DNA of 63,707 nt, the filler included, from Folioceros fuciformis (taxonomy: Eukaryota), in NCBI GenBank assembly GCA_049999805.1. It is 7 parts of 7 records of this genome, joined end to end, with 100 filler letters (N's around TTAATTAATTAA, not from the genome) between each part and the next. Parts side by side here need not be neighbours in the genome. Positions count along the whole stretch, not along the records: positions 1 to 16,760 come from JBNGIO010003555.1; 6 more parts are not named here. The stretch is one strand, 5' to 3'. Below, piece by piece: positions 1-13,934 of this stretch. A program made the position numbers and the translations under genes. The notes beneath the pieces are model-generated. The model worked only from the letters and a program-made list of their open reading frames with translations, made no database searches and was not told where the DNA came from. Within the stretch, counting starts at the first letter, position 1, and each line of letters opens with the position of its first letter.

Positions 1-424
1 CGGAGGGGGCGGTGGTGGCGGTGGTGGCGGCGGATGCTTGGGATGATGATGCTTCACCCTATGCTTCACTCTGTGCTTGCGATGCCGCTTATAAAGACCG
101 TGTTTATGCTTGCCTGCTTCCTGCATTGGCACCAGGCACCCGCAGGATGGTGAGCCATCTGCAATAGAAGAAGCACGACGCCAACAATGCGTTCATGGGT
201 TGCCAGGCCTTACTTGTGGGTGATCGTTCCCGAGAGTCCCAATGGCAATGTCCCCAAGCACAACCTGAGACAAAGCAAGCATCGCTGCATATCAGGCTGG
301 CAGGCATAACCAAGAAAAGAAACGACCAGTCTTGCCACAACGTTTGTCAACGATTGTTGCAGAGGAGGGGACGAATGACAACCGTGAGAAGCAGAGCAGC
401 GATCAGCAGCTTGCTGGTAGCCAT
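1..424 (-). CDS. 5' part of a secreted His/Lys/Pro-rich protein (extensin- or GASA-like layout); continues beyond the window start
   Basis: ATG at 424 gives the signal-peptide-like MATSKLLIAALLLT. GT-AG splicing joins it to VVLGDIAIGTLGNDHPQ and then EAGKHKHGLYKRHRKHRVKHRVKHHHPKHPPPPPPPPPPP, which runs off the window edge. Confidence 0.55.
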
Positions 425-1166
425 GTCTGATGTATCTGAAAGCATGAGATACGCTGCTGCAGGCCTCACACCTCCAGGACTCCTGCTTCCTACCACCCAT
501 CTCGTCCGGATCCAGGGTATTCATACTGTCAGGCTGCAGACGCGACGGAGATGAGGTTTGACCGTGTCCTAGTCGTGCACTGCTGTGCGGTCACGTAAAG
601 GCTATTCTGGCACACTTTACAAGTGGTGTCAGTTGGCGGCAATTCGCCCAGCCTGATCAGCTACCGGCACGCGCCGGTTCCCGATCGCCACGGCGTCAAT
701 TGAAGCATCACTCCCTGCTATACGATGCCCTCATGTCGTTTATCATGTTTCGAGGTACGAACTGCTTAAACCAACTTCTCTTGGTCGAACTCTTCACCTA
801 ATGAACATCCGGACTCTTTGCATCAGCCGGCCTGAATCGCAGACTTCATTACAACCTCCCCATCCATCGGGCGAGTGTGATTACAACGTCACGGGTACAT
901 TAATCATGCCAAGCATGCTTGGCCAGGTCGCAACGTTGCCAATACCTGGAACCGGCGCGTGTCGATAACAGCTTGAGGTGAACTAGATGAATGGCCTTTC
1001 GTGCGTGCGAACTGCACAAACCTCCAACTCCAGCAAGAGGCTATTGCTAAAGCTTAATCCATCGGTTGATTCTATTTTTGGGCACCCTAACTGGGTGCCT
1101 GATGATAGGCACTCAGCGTTCTGGATCACTTGCGTGGTGTACACGTCATGTGTCGAAGTTTAGTGG

Positions 1167-4100
1167 TCACACGGCAGAATGGAGTTGATCTATCTGACGG
1201 CTTGCTTTCAACTTCGTTGGGAAGATCGGATAGTAGCTGTCGATGTTGATATCCTTTAGGACTTGACCGATTTTGGTGAGGTAGGCGAAGTGTCCGTCCA
1301 CGATCTCAGTCACGTCAACCTGTAAACGAACACAGCATGATTTACGAACTATAACTTGGGTGCTCAAGATATCCTTGCAGGCTTACTGAAGAGGGAGGTA
1401 GAGTTAACTTGTACATTTTCAATGCCCGGCATTGTGACTTCTTGGATCCCAGCCAGACCTTGTGTCAAACACCTGCATGGAGTAGAATTACAGAAGACAG
1501 ATTTCAGAGATTGAATACCCATGGCAAAGATGAGCGAACGGACATAATCGTAAGAAGAATTCTCTTACGTTGCTCTGTATGCGATGCCCAGTATCCAGTC
1601 GTTTGTAGAGTAGCAGTTGATGAACCTCCCAGCCACAACCTGAGGAGAGTTGCTGGGGAACATGAAACACGGGATATTGGAACACAAGGGCTCTGTTTAT
1701 AAAAAAAACCCAATTACCTTTCGGACTGATTCCCATCGTTGTTGATCTAATGGAATGGGTGCGCCGAGAAGTACAACCCGTTCAACTATCCCAGCTGCGG
1801 AGTACAAAACCAGCGGACATGTCAATCCTCCCTTTGCACATTGTAGTCATGAGCTCTTCAGCATAAGAAGACCGCGAGAGAAGCACGTCAGCTTAAGCCA
1901 CGTCACTCACCAGCTGCTTCTCCGTGTTTAGCCAGTGTCTCCAAACACGAGAATATCAGCCGAGCCCCCAAAGAGAAGCCCATCAATGTAACAGGCCTGC
2001 CATGAAGCAGAGTTCACACCTCGGTCAAGAGTCGATTAAAACCGAGGCTACCCGTGCTTTACAAAACTCAAACAAGATCTCCACCTGTTTCCCTGTACCC
2101 CATCAAGCAGAATCCTTGCCAAAAGTTTCCCCGCTTTGTCTGATCTGCGAATGCACATTCTTGTGAGGGAGTCAGCGTTTCCACCAAGACGTGCATACAG
2201 CGAGATGCAGCTTGGGGGATCATGACCACCCCACCTGTCAACCGCAATGGACCACTTGCTGTCGATGAAATCAACGACACTAAGGATTGCAACTGGCCAA
2301 GCCAAGGCAGTCACTAGCCCAGCCAAGACAGTCATCATTGCTCCTTGCTTCATCACCTCCCGTGCGACAGCTGCATAAAACTGACTTTTCACCACCCCGC
2401 ATGACACAAAACTGCATACTCAACTTGACGTATTAAGAAACGTACTTGAGGTCATCCAGTCCTCCATGGCTGTGGCTACTGCCATTAGCTCCTTGGTTTC
2501 CCAACGCAACGCATATCTAAAACTCCAACAAAGGTCAACCCTCAGACATAGGCACCAATGGGGTCGACCCGCCAAACTTACGATACAACTATGCAAAACA
2601 AAAGAAAGACAAACCTTTCCACATCACTATCCGGGCCCATCCATGGTCTGATAAAGTCCTCAGTCTCCACGATGGTGCCAGATACCAAAATGGAGACAGC
2701 CAAACGCTGCACATGCCACGCCAAGCCCCAGCAGTGAGGGTATTCCAAGATGTTATGCAGACCATCAAACCATGAACATCCACCATGCAGGAGTCTGGCA
2801 AAAGAAAAGGACCATACCCCTTGCTGATGATTGTCGCCAACAGGGATAAACTCAAATTCACTAACTCCCCCTATTCTACGGGCCATTTTGGATCCTGCCA
2901 GCCCAGCACCCGCAGCTGCAACAAATACTCCATTGCTTGAGTGAACAAAGTCCTGTGCCACCTCAGGAAAAACAAAACCCCATTACTCGTGCATACCTCC
3001 AAATGAAGCAGCCACAGCAACAGAGCCGGCAGTAGTCCCTGCAGCAGCGAAAGCAGCAGCCAGGCCAGTCGTTCCAATCAAAGGCATCATAGGCCCCAAG
3101 ACAGGTGCAAGGCTGGCAAGGCCAGCAGCAATGGCGGGTGCTGCCAAACCTGCTCACAGAGAGGAGTACCCCTTGTTAGGTGCATTCTGATAAGGGAAGA
3201 CCTGCTGACAGCATTCAATGCATAATTCTTCGGATCACCACCTCCAGTTAAGGCCAGGAGTGCTCCTCCAGCCAGGGCAGCAGCACCAATGATGCCTCCA
3301 CGCTTGATTGTCTTCCACGTGCTTTTGAATCCTTCATCCTTACTATCCTTCGATGCTTCTTTCTGCTTGGCCAAGGCCATATATGCAACCATGACCTCCA
3401 TGGCAGCCTGATGGGAAATGCACTAGAATTGTCAGCATTCACACGCTTGGAATTACAGCAGCAATGGAGAACATTTTCCAAACTACACTAGCAAGACCAT
3501 GAATCAAACAGCAGGCTGCTGTTAAGGGGTGAGCCATCAGGCTAAGTGTCCGTGCTGACACCAAATGATAGGTTTGAAGTGCCTTCGACTCACCACTTTT
3601 CTCCAGCTTATGTCGAGCCAGGTGGCCAACAGACGCAAAGCGACACGATGACGAGCATCATATCCAGCTCTCAATACAGCTTTGCCTGCCTTCTCTTCTG
3701 GAGTGTCTGCTACACAGGCAATCAGTAACTCATACAAGACTGCTATCTTTCGTTGTCTTTCCATCACCATGGCTGGTGTCATTGTCGGGGTATAGGGAAA
3801 TTCTTCTGAGTTTGCCACAGGTTCACCATCAACGCTGCCTTGGTCATCAACTGCTAATGATGTCTCGGTATTTACAATTGGAGAGCTTCCAGGAGCTAGC
3901 TGGTTATGAACGGTGGCATCCCCTTCGCTGCTCTTTGGCCTGTGAGCTGTGAATACCGTCTCAGAGTTGACAGGCCCATCGGATGCAGAGTTTGTGAGCA
4001 ACAAAGGCTCGGTTTCATCTGACTCTGCTCCTGTATTCCTAACTCCACTCTGCTCATCAGGGAAGTCACCATCCGAAATGCTGCTGGCTACTGGGGTTCC

Positions 4101-4746
4101 TCCCTCAGACTCTCGAAGCTTTAAATCCATCGCATCAACTGCAGTAGCCAAGGCAGCCTGCTTGCTTGCATCCCCATTTTCCTCAGAAGGTGGGCCACCC
4201 TCTTCCTCTGTAAGAATTCGCACAAACTGCCAATGAACCCGGGTCATCCACAACCACCACTAGAGCCCCCGAGAAGAACCTGACAGACAACCTCTCTGCT
4301 TTGCCGCCAACGGATATCCCCACAGAAAAAGCCATCAACAGCTGAATGCAACAGCGCTACGTACCGCTCCAACGTGGTGGCGGGCATCTGGAGACATTGC
4401 TGTAGTCTCAAGGCCCACCCAGGCCTTCGGATCAATGTTCAGGTGCCTATTGGTTGGAAATCATCGAACCTGTTACCACTAGGTGCCAAAGTTCTCCAAG
4501 GCAACAGCAACCACGGCCCAATTCACAGCCGTAAAACATCGCATGAATGACAGACCTGAAAACATGATGAAGCAAATTGGACTGTGCACTGCTCCAAGAA
4601 CCGTGATTCTCGTCCGCTGCAGCAACATCTTCAGAGGCAGGACTCCAATCAGTGGGCAGCACATGCTGATGCAATTGTGCGTGGTTCAAAGCCAGAGCCA
4701 GCAATCCACCGGCCACATAGCGGTGAACGCTTCCTAGCTCTGACAT
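1167..4746 (-). CDS. TMCO4: TMCO4-like / DUF726 alpha-beta hydrolase-fold membrane protein (multi-exon)
   Basis: Exon translations include GYDARHRVALRLLATWL, KRGGIIGAAALAGGALLALTGG, AAGAGLAGSKMARRIGGVSEFEF, ALAWPVAILSVVDFIDSKWSIAVDRSDKAGKLLA and VDVTEIVDGHFAY. Introns are GT-AG; ATG at 4746, TGA at 1167-1169. Confidence 0.85.
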
Positions 4747-6845
4747 TGTCAATTTTTCACCGCATCCGTAACACCAGCCAGCGTACTCCTCGGCTGCAGG
4801 ACCTGGACAGATTAGGGGCTGAGAATGAACAACCTGCCCATTGCACAAAACGGTCATTGTTTGTGACAAACCAAGAAATGTGTGAAACCGCTACCAGCGC
4901 CACCCTTAGACCAACCTCGGGACTTCTCGGTCTGCCACTGATCAACAGCAGTGCCTGCACTCACCGCCCTCAATGACACTGGCTTCTGCCACCAAATTCG
5001 ACACAGACACTAGTGCCGTGTCTTGTCGTGTCGTGTCGTGTGACTCCCGTGTGACTCCGTTCTTTGCTTCCTTTGTTCCTTGCAGCCTACGACGGCCGGC
5101 GCATCGCCACGTGGTCCGGGAAATAATGTTATGTGAATGAAATTTTGTCATTCGGTTTTCTTGCAGTTCCACAATTCGTTATGTATTTCAAAACATCTAT
5201 TTATTTATTGAGTATATATATAAATCCATTGTGTGCGGATCGTTTTGAAGCGTGATGTTTTTCCGATCGGAGCTTTGACGGACCTCACTGGCTGGACAAG
5301 TCCAACCGCAGCGCAAGATCCATTTCGAAGTTATTCATGCATGCAACACATTTTCGACAAATGCGGTGTAAGAGAACTACAAAGAACTTGGAACGGATGC
5401 TCACTGCGCCGCCCTAGCCTCTAGCATACAGCTTGCTCGAATGCATATGTAACCTCGACATCCATCTTAAGCAGTGGAGCAGTGGTTGGACTTGTGCAGT
5501 CCTAGGAAGGACCGCCAGCCGGTTGGGAACTTGTGTACCAAGAGGTTGCCATATATCTATCCCTACGGCTCCACTGTGAGCTGAAGCTCAAAATCTGGCT
5601 CTAATCGAACTCGGACCAGCATGGCCACCAGAAAGGTACATAGTGCGTGCCCCTTTCCGCGAATGCATCGCTACATCGACAAGGTTCCGGAAGGAAGATT
5701 AGAAATCTTACACTGCACGACGGTGTGGCACCGGAAGTCGCAATTTTTAGAGATGTTCGTTCACGTACTCGGTTCAATGTCGAATCACGGTGGACATGTC
5801 AGTAGTAGAGAAATGTACATGCGGCCCTGTTGGCTCATGCAGATCCTACTCAGACTTTCCTCATCGGCCCGAATGCAGCCCAAGTCACCTCCAGCTCATT
5901 AAGGAACCGGCGCTAGTGGTGCAGATTAACCGCTAGAGTTAGGTCGTACTGCCGAGCCAGGTTTCAAATGGGATCGACTCTCCAGGCCTACTACACTGCA
6001 CCTAAGGGACGTCAAGTGCGCGGTTTTCAGATGAGACTACGCGTTTTGCTTGTAAGGTGTAGTGAGTTTTCGTGCTCTATTCAGTTTGAAAGCACCAGTG
6101 AGACCTTGTTCAATGCGAAGGCAGTGTCTGCGCACAATATGCACATTTTGCCTGTCTGTTTCCCCGATTCTTTCCTAAGGAGCAATATCCTTGCCAGCAG
6201 TGCTACTAGGAAAGATAGACCCGAGAAAGTTCTGGGCTATGGATATTCAATCAATCACAAATATGATGCCTGATTTCGATGTGCTTAAAAGGCTGGGACC
6301 AAAGTCGCTGGCCACCAGCTGAACTGAACAGAAAGCGCCAAACCAACCTCCCTTTATCTCCTGCTGCACTCAGTGCACTGCCGCCCAACTAGAATGCCTG
6401 AAGCTGGAGAGGTGTCAGGATAGGGACCTATTTGTGCTTTTTCAGAACAGTCTACTCGGAACATTTGACAACCCGCTGGTAACACGCAGCCCGATGCGGA
6501 AAACAGACTTCCAGAGGCGTGGGATCCGGCCTTCGTGATGTTGAATCAACAGTGGGAACCGTCAGGATGCCAGAATTGGCAGATGCCGCCAAGAGTTGCA
6601 AGTAAGACCGCTAGGGAACATGTACCATTCTAAGAAAAACCGATACAAGACAATTGAACTTGAACAGTTCTTCCGACTCTGCTTGGTCATATCAAAATCG
6701 CTTTAAGAAGTGGACAAATGGAGCTAAGTGTCTCCACACTGCAAATAGTGGGAAAAAAAATGTCCGAAGTTTCCCAAGCTGGAACGTCTGGCGTACATTA
6801 GAACCGAAATACCTCAATACTCATAGTAGGAATCCACGAATTTTC

Positions 6846-8325
6846 TCAAGGCTTGAGAGCTAGAGCCAAACCAAGCTTAGCACTCTTGTCAAGGGCCTTA
6901 GTGTCGACCTCTCCGGAAATGGTGACCAACGACTTAGGCCTGAATTCATGCTGCAAAAGAGCTGCTACTTTCCCATGGTTGGTTGCCCGTGCTTTCGCTG
7001 TAGTCAAGGCATCCAACTCGTACAAGCCACCCACAGTAAACGTGTTCTCTTTCTTCGAAAACTTGTGCGCAATTTCAACGGCAATTGTAGTCCGCGTAGC
7101 AGGACTGACGTTGTGCAAATATGAAGCCTTGAGTGTGTCACCTTTATCAGACCTGCACAACAACTTTCAAGCTATCAGTCTCTGTTTCCACCACCTAACC
7201 CAAACGTAACATTGAGCACCCACACCTATCCTCCCGAATCCCAGCAGAAGCCATTCCGCAAACAACCTCAGTGCGTTCCATTCACAAGGTTCAGACTTAC
7301 AGAACAAGGGCGGCACTGAAATCCGGTTTTGTAAATCCAATGCCAGCACTGTACTTCGTCAACGTTGCTGCAGCAGTATCAAAACCCAACTCGCCACCCA
7401 ACGAGAAACCTTCACTTCCAACAGCACCAGCGATATCCAAGACAGGGGCAGAGGTAAGGCCAACACTGGTGGCAATAGCCGCATAATCATGCGCATACTG
7501 AAGCTCCACCTGCATACAGACACTTCCATAAAATCAGTATGCATGCACTGGCAAACTACCTCAGTGCGACCGATGTACTGCCTGAAACGACGGAAGAGCA
7601 ATCATGGGGCAGGGGGGATATCACCGATTATCAAAAAATGGTGTCTAAGGTTCACTTTGACAATCAGACCGGAACCACGACGTGAGCAAAAATTTCCAGC
7701 ATAGAATTGTGCAGCGCAGTCATACCTTGCCAGACTTCTGGTCAGGAATTGTGAAAGTAACTATGGATTTGGCTCCTTGGGCAAATTCATCAATGGTGAG
7801 GGTGGTGTGGACCTGTCCAACGCACAAATTGTTAACCCTTTCAAATCCATGACAACTGTTGCGTACTGAAGCCCGTAGAGTGCAACATAAGTGGAAACCC
7901 TACGTTGGACTTGGTGTCGACTTTAACATCAGCCGTGAGGTTCTTGTTCTTGAACGAGGTATTCACATCCCCATTGACAGCTTCCCCTTTCTTCAACACC
8001 GTGGTTGTGAAAGACTGCACAGCACAGACAGCCTCATCATCTGACATACTTTTCCAACGAATTCCAACACGCGGCTTCCAACACCACAAGCAACGTCTCA
8101 AGCTCACCAGCCCCGCAGAGGTTGTCGTGGTCACAGTAAACTTGTGATCATGATTGTAGTCCTTGTGGAGAATGTCTGCAAGACCAGGATGCGCTCAGAT
8201 GGGAAGCACGCAGCACATCCGGCTAGGGCAGAAAGATGAAATGATCGAGATGCAAGAAGCGCGTGAGGAATCCCACCTTTGGCCTTCTTCCCAATGTCAC
8301 CGAACAGCCCTGGACCCTTGCCCAT
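6846..8325 (-). CDS. VDAC: Mitochondrial outer membrane porin (voltage-dependent anion channel), 6 exons
   Basis: Reads MGKGPGLFGDIGKKAK...DYNHDHKFTVTTTT...KSLVTISGEVDTKALDKSAKLGLALALKP, with canonical GT-AG introns. Confidence 0.95.
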
Positions 8326-9346
8326 GTCGCTAGCACGCTATACGGCGAGACCTGCAGCTTCACTAACAGCCGGCCAGGATCTCGCAGCTTGCCAGAGCAC
8401 AGAGCAGATCTACGGCTCGCCTCCCTCGCGCAGACGGAGAAGGGCCGGCTGCCCTAACAGGAAACCCCGAGACGCACGTGAATAGAGGGCCGTCCCCTCT
8501 CTTTCGCGACACCTTCGGAGCAACCTGCAGGGGTCGCTGGCAGACTGGGCCACTAAGCTAAGGTGCTTGCCAGAGGACACTCCAGGTCTACTGGTCGCCT
8601 CTCTCTCGTGTGAAGGTCGAGGAGGGCCGGCCGGCTGCCCTAATCAGAACAATGCATGAGGATTGCAAGCAGGAAAGGAATCTTGTGGGATATCGAGTAC
8701 GTACAGTATGGTCAATTCAGAGAGCGGAGGTTACTTACGCAATACCGCATGTACATAAAATGTTGATAATCAGAGGTGCATGACGCAAACAGTGCAAGGA
8801 AAGGGGTGGAACACGTAATTTGTGTCCTCCGAAACGAATGGATTACCACCGTCCCTGCTGGCAGCATACAGGAAGGTGTATCTCTTCAAGGAATATGCCG
8901 CCAGTCTGTGACACTCCAGCACGACCCACGCGAATGCTAGTAGACAGGTAAAGATCCAGCCCTAATTTCCATTCCTGGATTCGGCCGCAGCAGTTTGTGA
9001 GTTGCCGACTTTCTTCACGAAGACACCAACAATCTCACATTTCGCTGATCTCGATCGATGTTCTGGGGCTCTGGATAGGAACATCTGCAATCGAGCCTTG
9101 TCGTCGTGGAAACACATTGATCTGGTGTAGTCCGTTAATTTGGCCTGTCCAGCTAGCAGGAAAAATCTGCTTTACTGTCTGCTACAGCAAGTGGCTTTTG
9201 CATGTCGCGCTTTCGATACCTCGCTTGAATCTTTTCGGTTGCCTTCCGCGCTGCACCATGCTGTTCCATCAAGTGAACAGCTGGGGGAGTTGAATAGCGT
9301 ACAACGTCATGCAGCCAGAGACGTCCAAAGAAAGCCTGCTTGACCC

Positions 9347-9434
9347 CACTGTGGAATCAGCAAGGACTGGCGGAGGAGAGGCAGACTGAACACTGTGGAA
9401 TCAGCAATGACTGGCGGAGGAGAGGCAGACTGAA
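9347..9434. repeat. 44-bp tandem duplication (2 copies, 1 mismatch) downstream of PDAT
   Basis: CACTGTGGAATCAGCAA(G/T)GACTGGCGGAGGAGAGGCAGACTGAA occurs at 9347 and 9391. Confidence 0.9.
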
Positions 9435-9842
9435 CGTGGAGAGACCGCAAAGTTCGCTGAATTCACCGTCCCCGACTGGGCTTACGGTTTGAGCGCAGAG
9501 GCAGCTGTAATCGGAACATGTGAAACCGGAGCCTGCAAACAGTTTCAGAACATAGCATGGTGAGCATTCATGGTATTGACTTGTCGAGAAACTGCAATAT
9601 CCTGTTTGTTGCGTAGTACAGTTCCCGTCCTGGTGGTGCCGGTGGTTGCCATTGCAACGCGAAAAAACCGTTCGCACATTTGCGAAAAAACGAGCTCGCC
9701 CGAGTCCTTTGGGACGACAAGGCCCTCTTGGTAGAGGCCCCGCAGAAGATGATACAGACACTTCCCCAAAAAGTGCACGGTGAAAGAACCATCCCTCGAG
9801 GCAGGCTCTTCTCCGAATGGCCCATCCAATCCGACGGCGCCA

Positions 9843-12614
9843 CTACACCTTGAGAGGGATGCGATCAGCCCACTTTTGGAGGTCCGAGTACAGACGGTCA
9901 CCCCCAATTTCCTCTCCGGAGGCCCCTGCCACAATCCGCAAGACGTCGTCCAACAGACCAAAATTCCCCAACACGTCCACATGGCTGCCACTCTGCGTGC
10001 CACGGCCTTCCAAAATCATGTTGGAAGGGGGTGCATGGTCGTATTCTCGGACATAGGTGGCAACCCCAGAAGGATTGTACTTGGTTTTACCTCGCCATCC
10101 TTTGGCACACATGAAGCCTGCGCTCAAGGTGGGGACTGTCTCATCTCCGTCAACAAAATGCACACCACCCTTGAGGCATCCTTCGGAGTCGCCATCTGCA
10201 GATGTGTCAATGCGGAAAGGAATGTAGCACGTGTCACTTGAAGGGGAAAGTTTGTATATGTAGGACCTCTCGGTCAGGATGCCCGTCCCGTACATGCAGA
10301 ATACCTCCATATCTGGAGCGTTCGGCAGCCTGCATGGACAGGAAGTGTTTATTGTCATGCGGCTGGAACGGAGGTGATAGAAAACGAAGCAACTTGCATT
10401 GTGCGGCACTTACGTGGTTTCCAAAGGATTAGACCAGTATTTGTGATGGCCATACTTGGGATCTGATGGATCGTCGGCGACACCATAAGACCACGTAGCA
10501 TCTGCACGGTGCATCATCCTTGGAGCCACAACTCTGAGCAGATCCAGGATTGAGCTGGATGTGTAGATGCCATGGTTCTCAACCGCCTGGATAACATCCC
10601 AACTTATATCATGGTATTCAGTCCAGACTTCTCCACAGGAAATGTTCGCTTTCCCAGTCACTAAGCCTGTCTTCACCATATCCTGCACGTAACCATACCG
10701 GTCTTTAGCCAGAATAGCTCAACTAGTCTCTAAGGTTGAGGCGAGAAATTCAGGATGTTGACATTCACCTTAACGTCCTGAAGATCCCCTTTGAGCACAT
10801 CCTTCGATGGGAGATGTGCAGCGCTCTTCCCGAAGGACACTATTCGCCCATAATGTGGCAATGGCTTCCCATGACTTCCCACAGCGATCTGTGTGCAGTT
10901 GTCTACGGAAGCGACAACACACTCGTGTGTCTCCTCGCCCTTGCTTTTCTTGAGAGTACAGTCATATCCCTCTTCAGGAGACCAGTCAGCCCCACCCCAC
11001 ACAACCTCTCCACCCCTTGGCAGCATAGACATGGTAGAATCCCAGGTTCGTGTTACACGCATCATATGCTGCAAAGTCTGGAGGCCAAACAGATCACTGT
11101 CCAACACTCCGGGTGCAATAGCTCTGTTCCAACACAAACGATTCTCCATGAGCTCCCCACCAAACGCTCCGGAGATGAGAAACGTTAGATGTACTCACAA
11201 TTTCTCACCTGGCGACAGCAATGTCTTTGGCCTCAGCTGAGAAAAGCCCCGTAAACGCCTTGGGAACTCCCAGGAAGGGGCCTCCGATGTTCAACACGGT
11301 CTTGAGGTACTTGGCACACCACGTGGGACCCCCTCCTCCTCCCATGGGAAGGGGAGCCTCAACCCACTTTATGAAATGCAGAAAGTAGAGCGAACCCATG
11401 GAGTGCGGAATGACAACCACCTTCTGCTGCTCGTTGGTGTTGTAGAGGAGCTCTATTGTGCTTTTCATCCGGCTCAGTGATTTGTCACGAACCTGCTCAC
11501 ATACCGTCGGACCGAATCAATCAAACCAGACCCAACACCATGCAGCTCACATCCTCCAAGAAGATCAAACGAACTTGAGGAAGTGAAGGCGAAGCATGTC
11601 CCGGTACATGCCTCGGTGTTCTGAAACGATAAACGCCAGTCATAAGATGCCATGTACAGTGATCGCTCCTCGTACCCAAGACGAGCCAAGTTTTCAATCA
11701 GCACAGCCCACACAAAATATCCGGGAGCAAAGTAGTCCGCCGCAACCAGCCCTGACACAGGCCTCACTCTGATACCCTGGGGATCCAACCCAGTCTCATT
11801 GTTCAACTGCATATGCTCCATCCAGCACTTGGGCCTGCCAAGCACAGACCACGGTACTGTCAACATCACACACAGCAGACCACGACTGCAAAGCGGCATC
11901 TGCGTGTCAAAGCTGCACCCCCCCTCGCAGCAGCAGCTGCAACCTCAAGAATCCCACCTCTTGTAAACCTCCCCAAATGTGCCACCCCACAAACGCTTCC
12001 GGAACAGGCCCTCCATGCAGGGATGCCCCTCCCAGAGCTCCAGGCCCCCAGTCACGATCCCTGGCACGAACACTACGGGATGCTTGGCCCGCAACCCCTC
12101 CTTGGCCAGCCTGAGCCCCGGGGGATCCGGCAACGGGCCCGTGATGACCTCAGTCACATACTGCGGCAGCGAAGGCAGCGCATTGTAGATAACCAGGATC
12201 AACCACCACGTGACGCAGCCATACCCAATGAGCCAGCAGCAGGAATCCAGGCACCATTTCACCCCGCACTTCCGGCGAGGCTTTCCCTTCGCCCCGGGCC
12301 CAGCCGAAGGCACAGTCACTCCCTGCTTCTGTCCCTGCAGCTGAGGCTCCCCCTCCTTCCCCTCCTTNNNNNNNNNNNNNNNNNNNNNNNNNNNNNNNNN
12401 NNNNNNNNNNNNNNNNNNNNNNNNNNNNNNNNNNNNNNNNNNNNNNNNNNNNNNNNNNNNNNNNNNNCTTCCGTTCCTTCCGTTCCTGCTGCTGGGGCTT
12501 GGCTTCCTTCCCATTACCAGCTCTGGGTTCCTTCAAATCCTTCGCCTCCACTGCTGCTCCCGCTTCTTGCTCCTTGTCCGCATTGGTCACCGGCCCCTTG
12601 CGCTTGCGCAACAT
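9843..12614 (-). CDS. PDAT1: Phospholipid:diacylglycerol acyltransferase (LCAT family), multi-exon; N gap in exon 1
   Basis: Contains CLDSCCWLIGYGCVTWW, HPVVFVPGIVTGGLELWEG, YDWRLSFQNTE, the lipase motif PHSMG, DGDETVP and GSHVDVLGN. Confidence 0.95.
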
Positions 12615-13934
12615 CTCCGCCGATCCTTCACGCCAGCTGGGAAGTCGCAGGCGTCAAGGCACACGAAGCTGCTGCACAAAGGATGGCCTCGTAGGGAGAA
12701 GCATGATGCGGTTTGGCCCGCCTTCCGGCTGCAGCCTGCATGACAGCAAGCTCCCGAACGGGAGGTTTTTTCTGGTCAGAGCGAGAGGCAGCGGGCGAAG
12801 AGGGGCGGTGGCACGCAGCAGCATCCGCCGCTACCGGACACAAGACTTGGCATCACGTGTCAACGCACACAACACGCCCCTGTTGAGACCTCCGCAAACA
12901 ACCAAGGCCCGGGCCTTCCGGAATCTGTTTGCAGGTGAATCCACAATACCTTGAGACACGCGTCGGTTCAATGCTGCGACGGGAGCTCGTCGTCTGGCTA
13001 ATAAGCTCTGTTCAGGTGAGTAAACGAAACGAAAAGCTCATCTCGGCCTACACGCTGTGTGTGTGGTCAGGCCGTTCCGGTTCCAATCTGGACAGAGAGG
13101 TGGGTGACATAGCAAGAGCGGAGGGCATGGGCATTCACCATGGAGCGTGGATTCACTCCGAGGTGGGAGAAGTGGCTGGCAACACCTGACCATGATGGAC
13201 CTGATTCGGAGATCCTTTGTTAGGACAATGCAGAGTGTCCAATGGAAGACGTACAAAGTGATGCGCGACGCACTCACGGATTGGGAAGCGTATCCTACTA
13301 GTTAAATACCCCAAGAACAAATATCCATAATGTTCCGCGTGGAACTATCATTCTTTTCATATTATAGAAAATGGTCAACCAAGGAAATAATTTATTTTGG
13401 ACAGGGCAGGTTTATCCCAAATAGAATAAGGATTGGATAAAGTATAGTATATCAGCCTGACAACCACCAAACCTCTTGTTTTGCCTTCCACCACTTGGGC
13501 AATGCATTACGGCCAGGAGGAGGAGGCCTATGGCTATAGAGGTGGGGGTTGCAAGGCGGCCTCTATGAGGCCGAGCTCCTTGTGGGGCTGGTCCGGGCTT
13601 GGCAACGGGGCAAGGTTTGGCAGACCCCAAGGGTTTGTCGTACTCGAATTTGTGGCCTTCCTGTCCGAGGAAGTTGGGTGTTGAGGATCTTTTGGTCTCT
13701 TTGTTATTTTCTTTATGTTATGATTTCTTCTAGGATTCAAAATTTCTGATTGGCCTGGAGATTTTCAGAGAGCTTTAGTTCCACGATGTTTCTACGTTTT
13801 GATATTCAGGGCTGAAAGCCGAAATTATTCCGGCAGGTTGGAGCTGGCACGATGTTTACTGTTGGTCTCTCTACGGCATTCTATTTTGTTCACTTATGGC
13901 ACCTCATTCTTCTACGCCAGCCAAGGATACCCCG

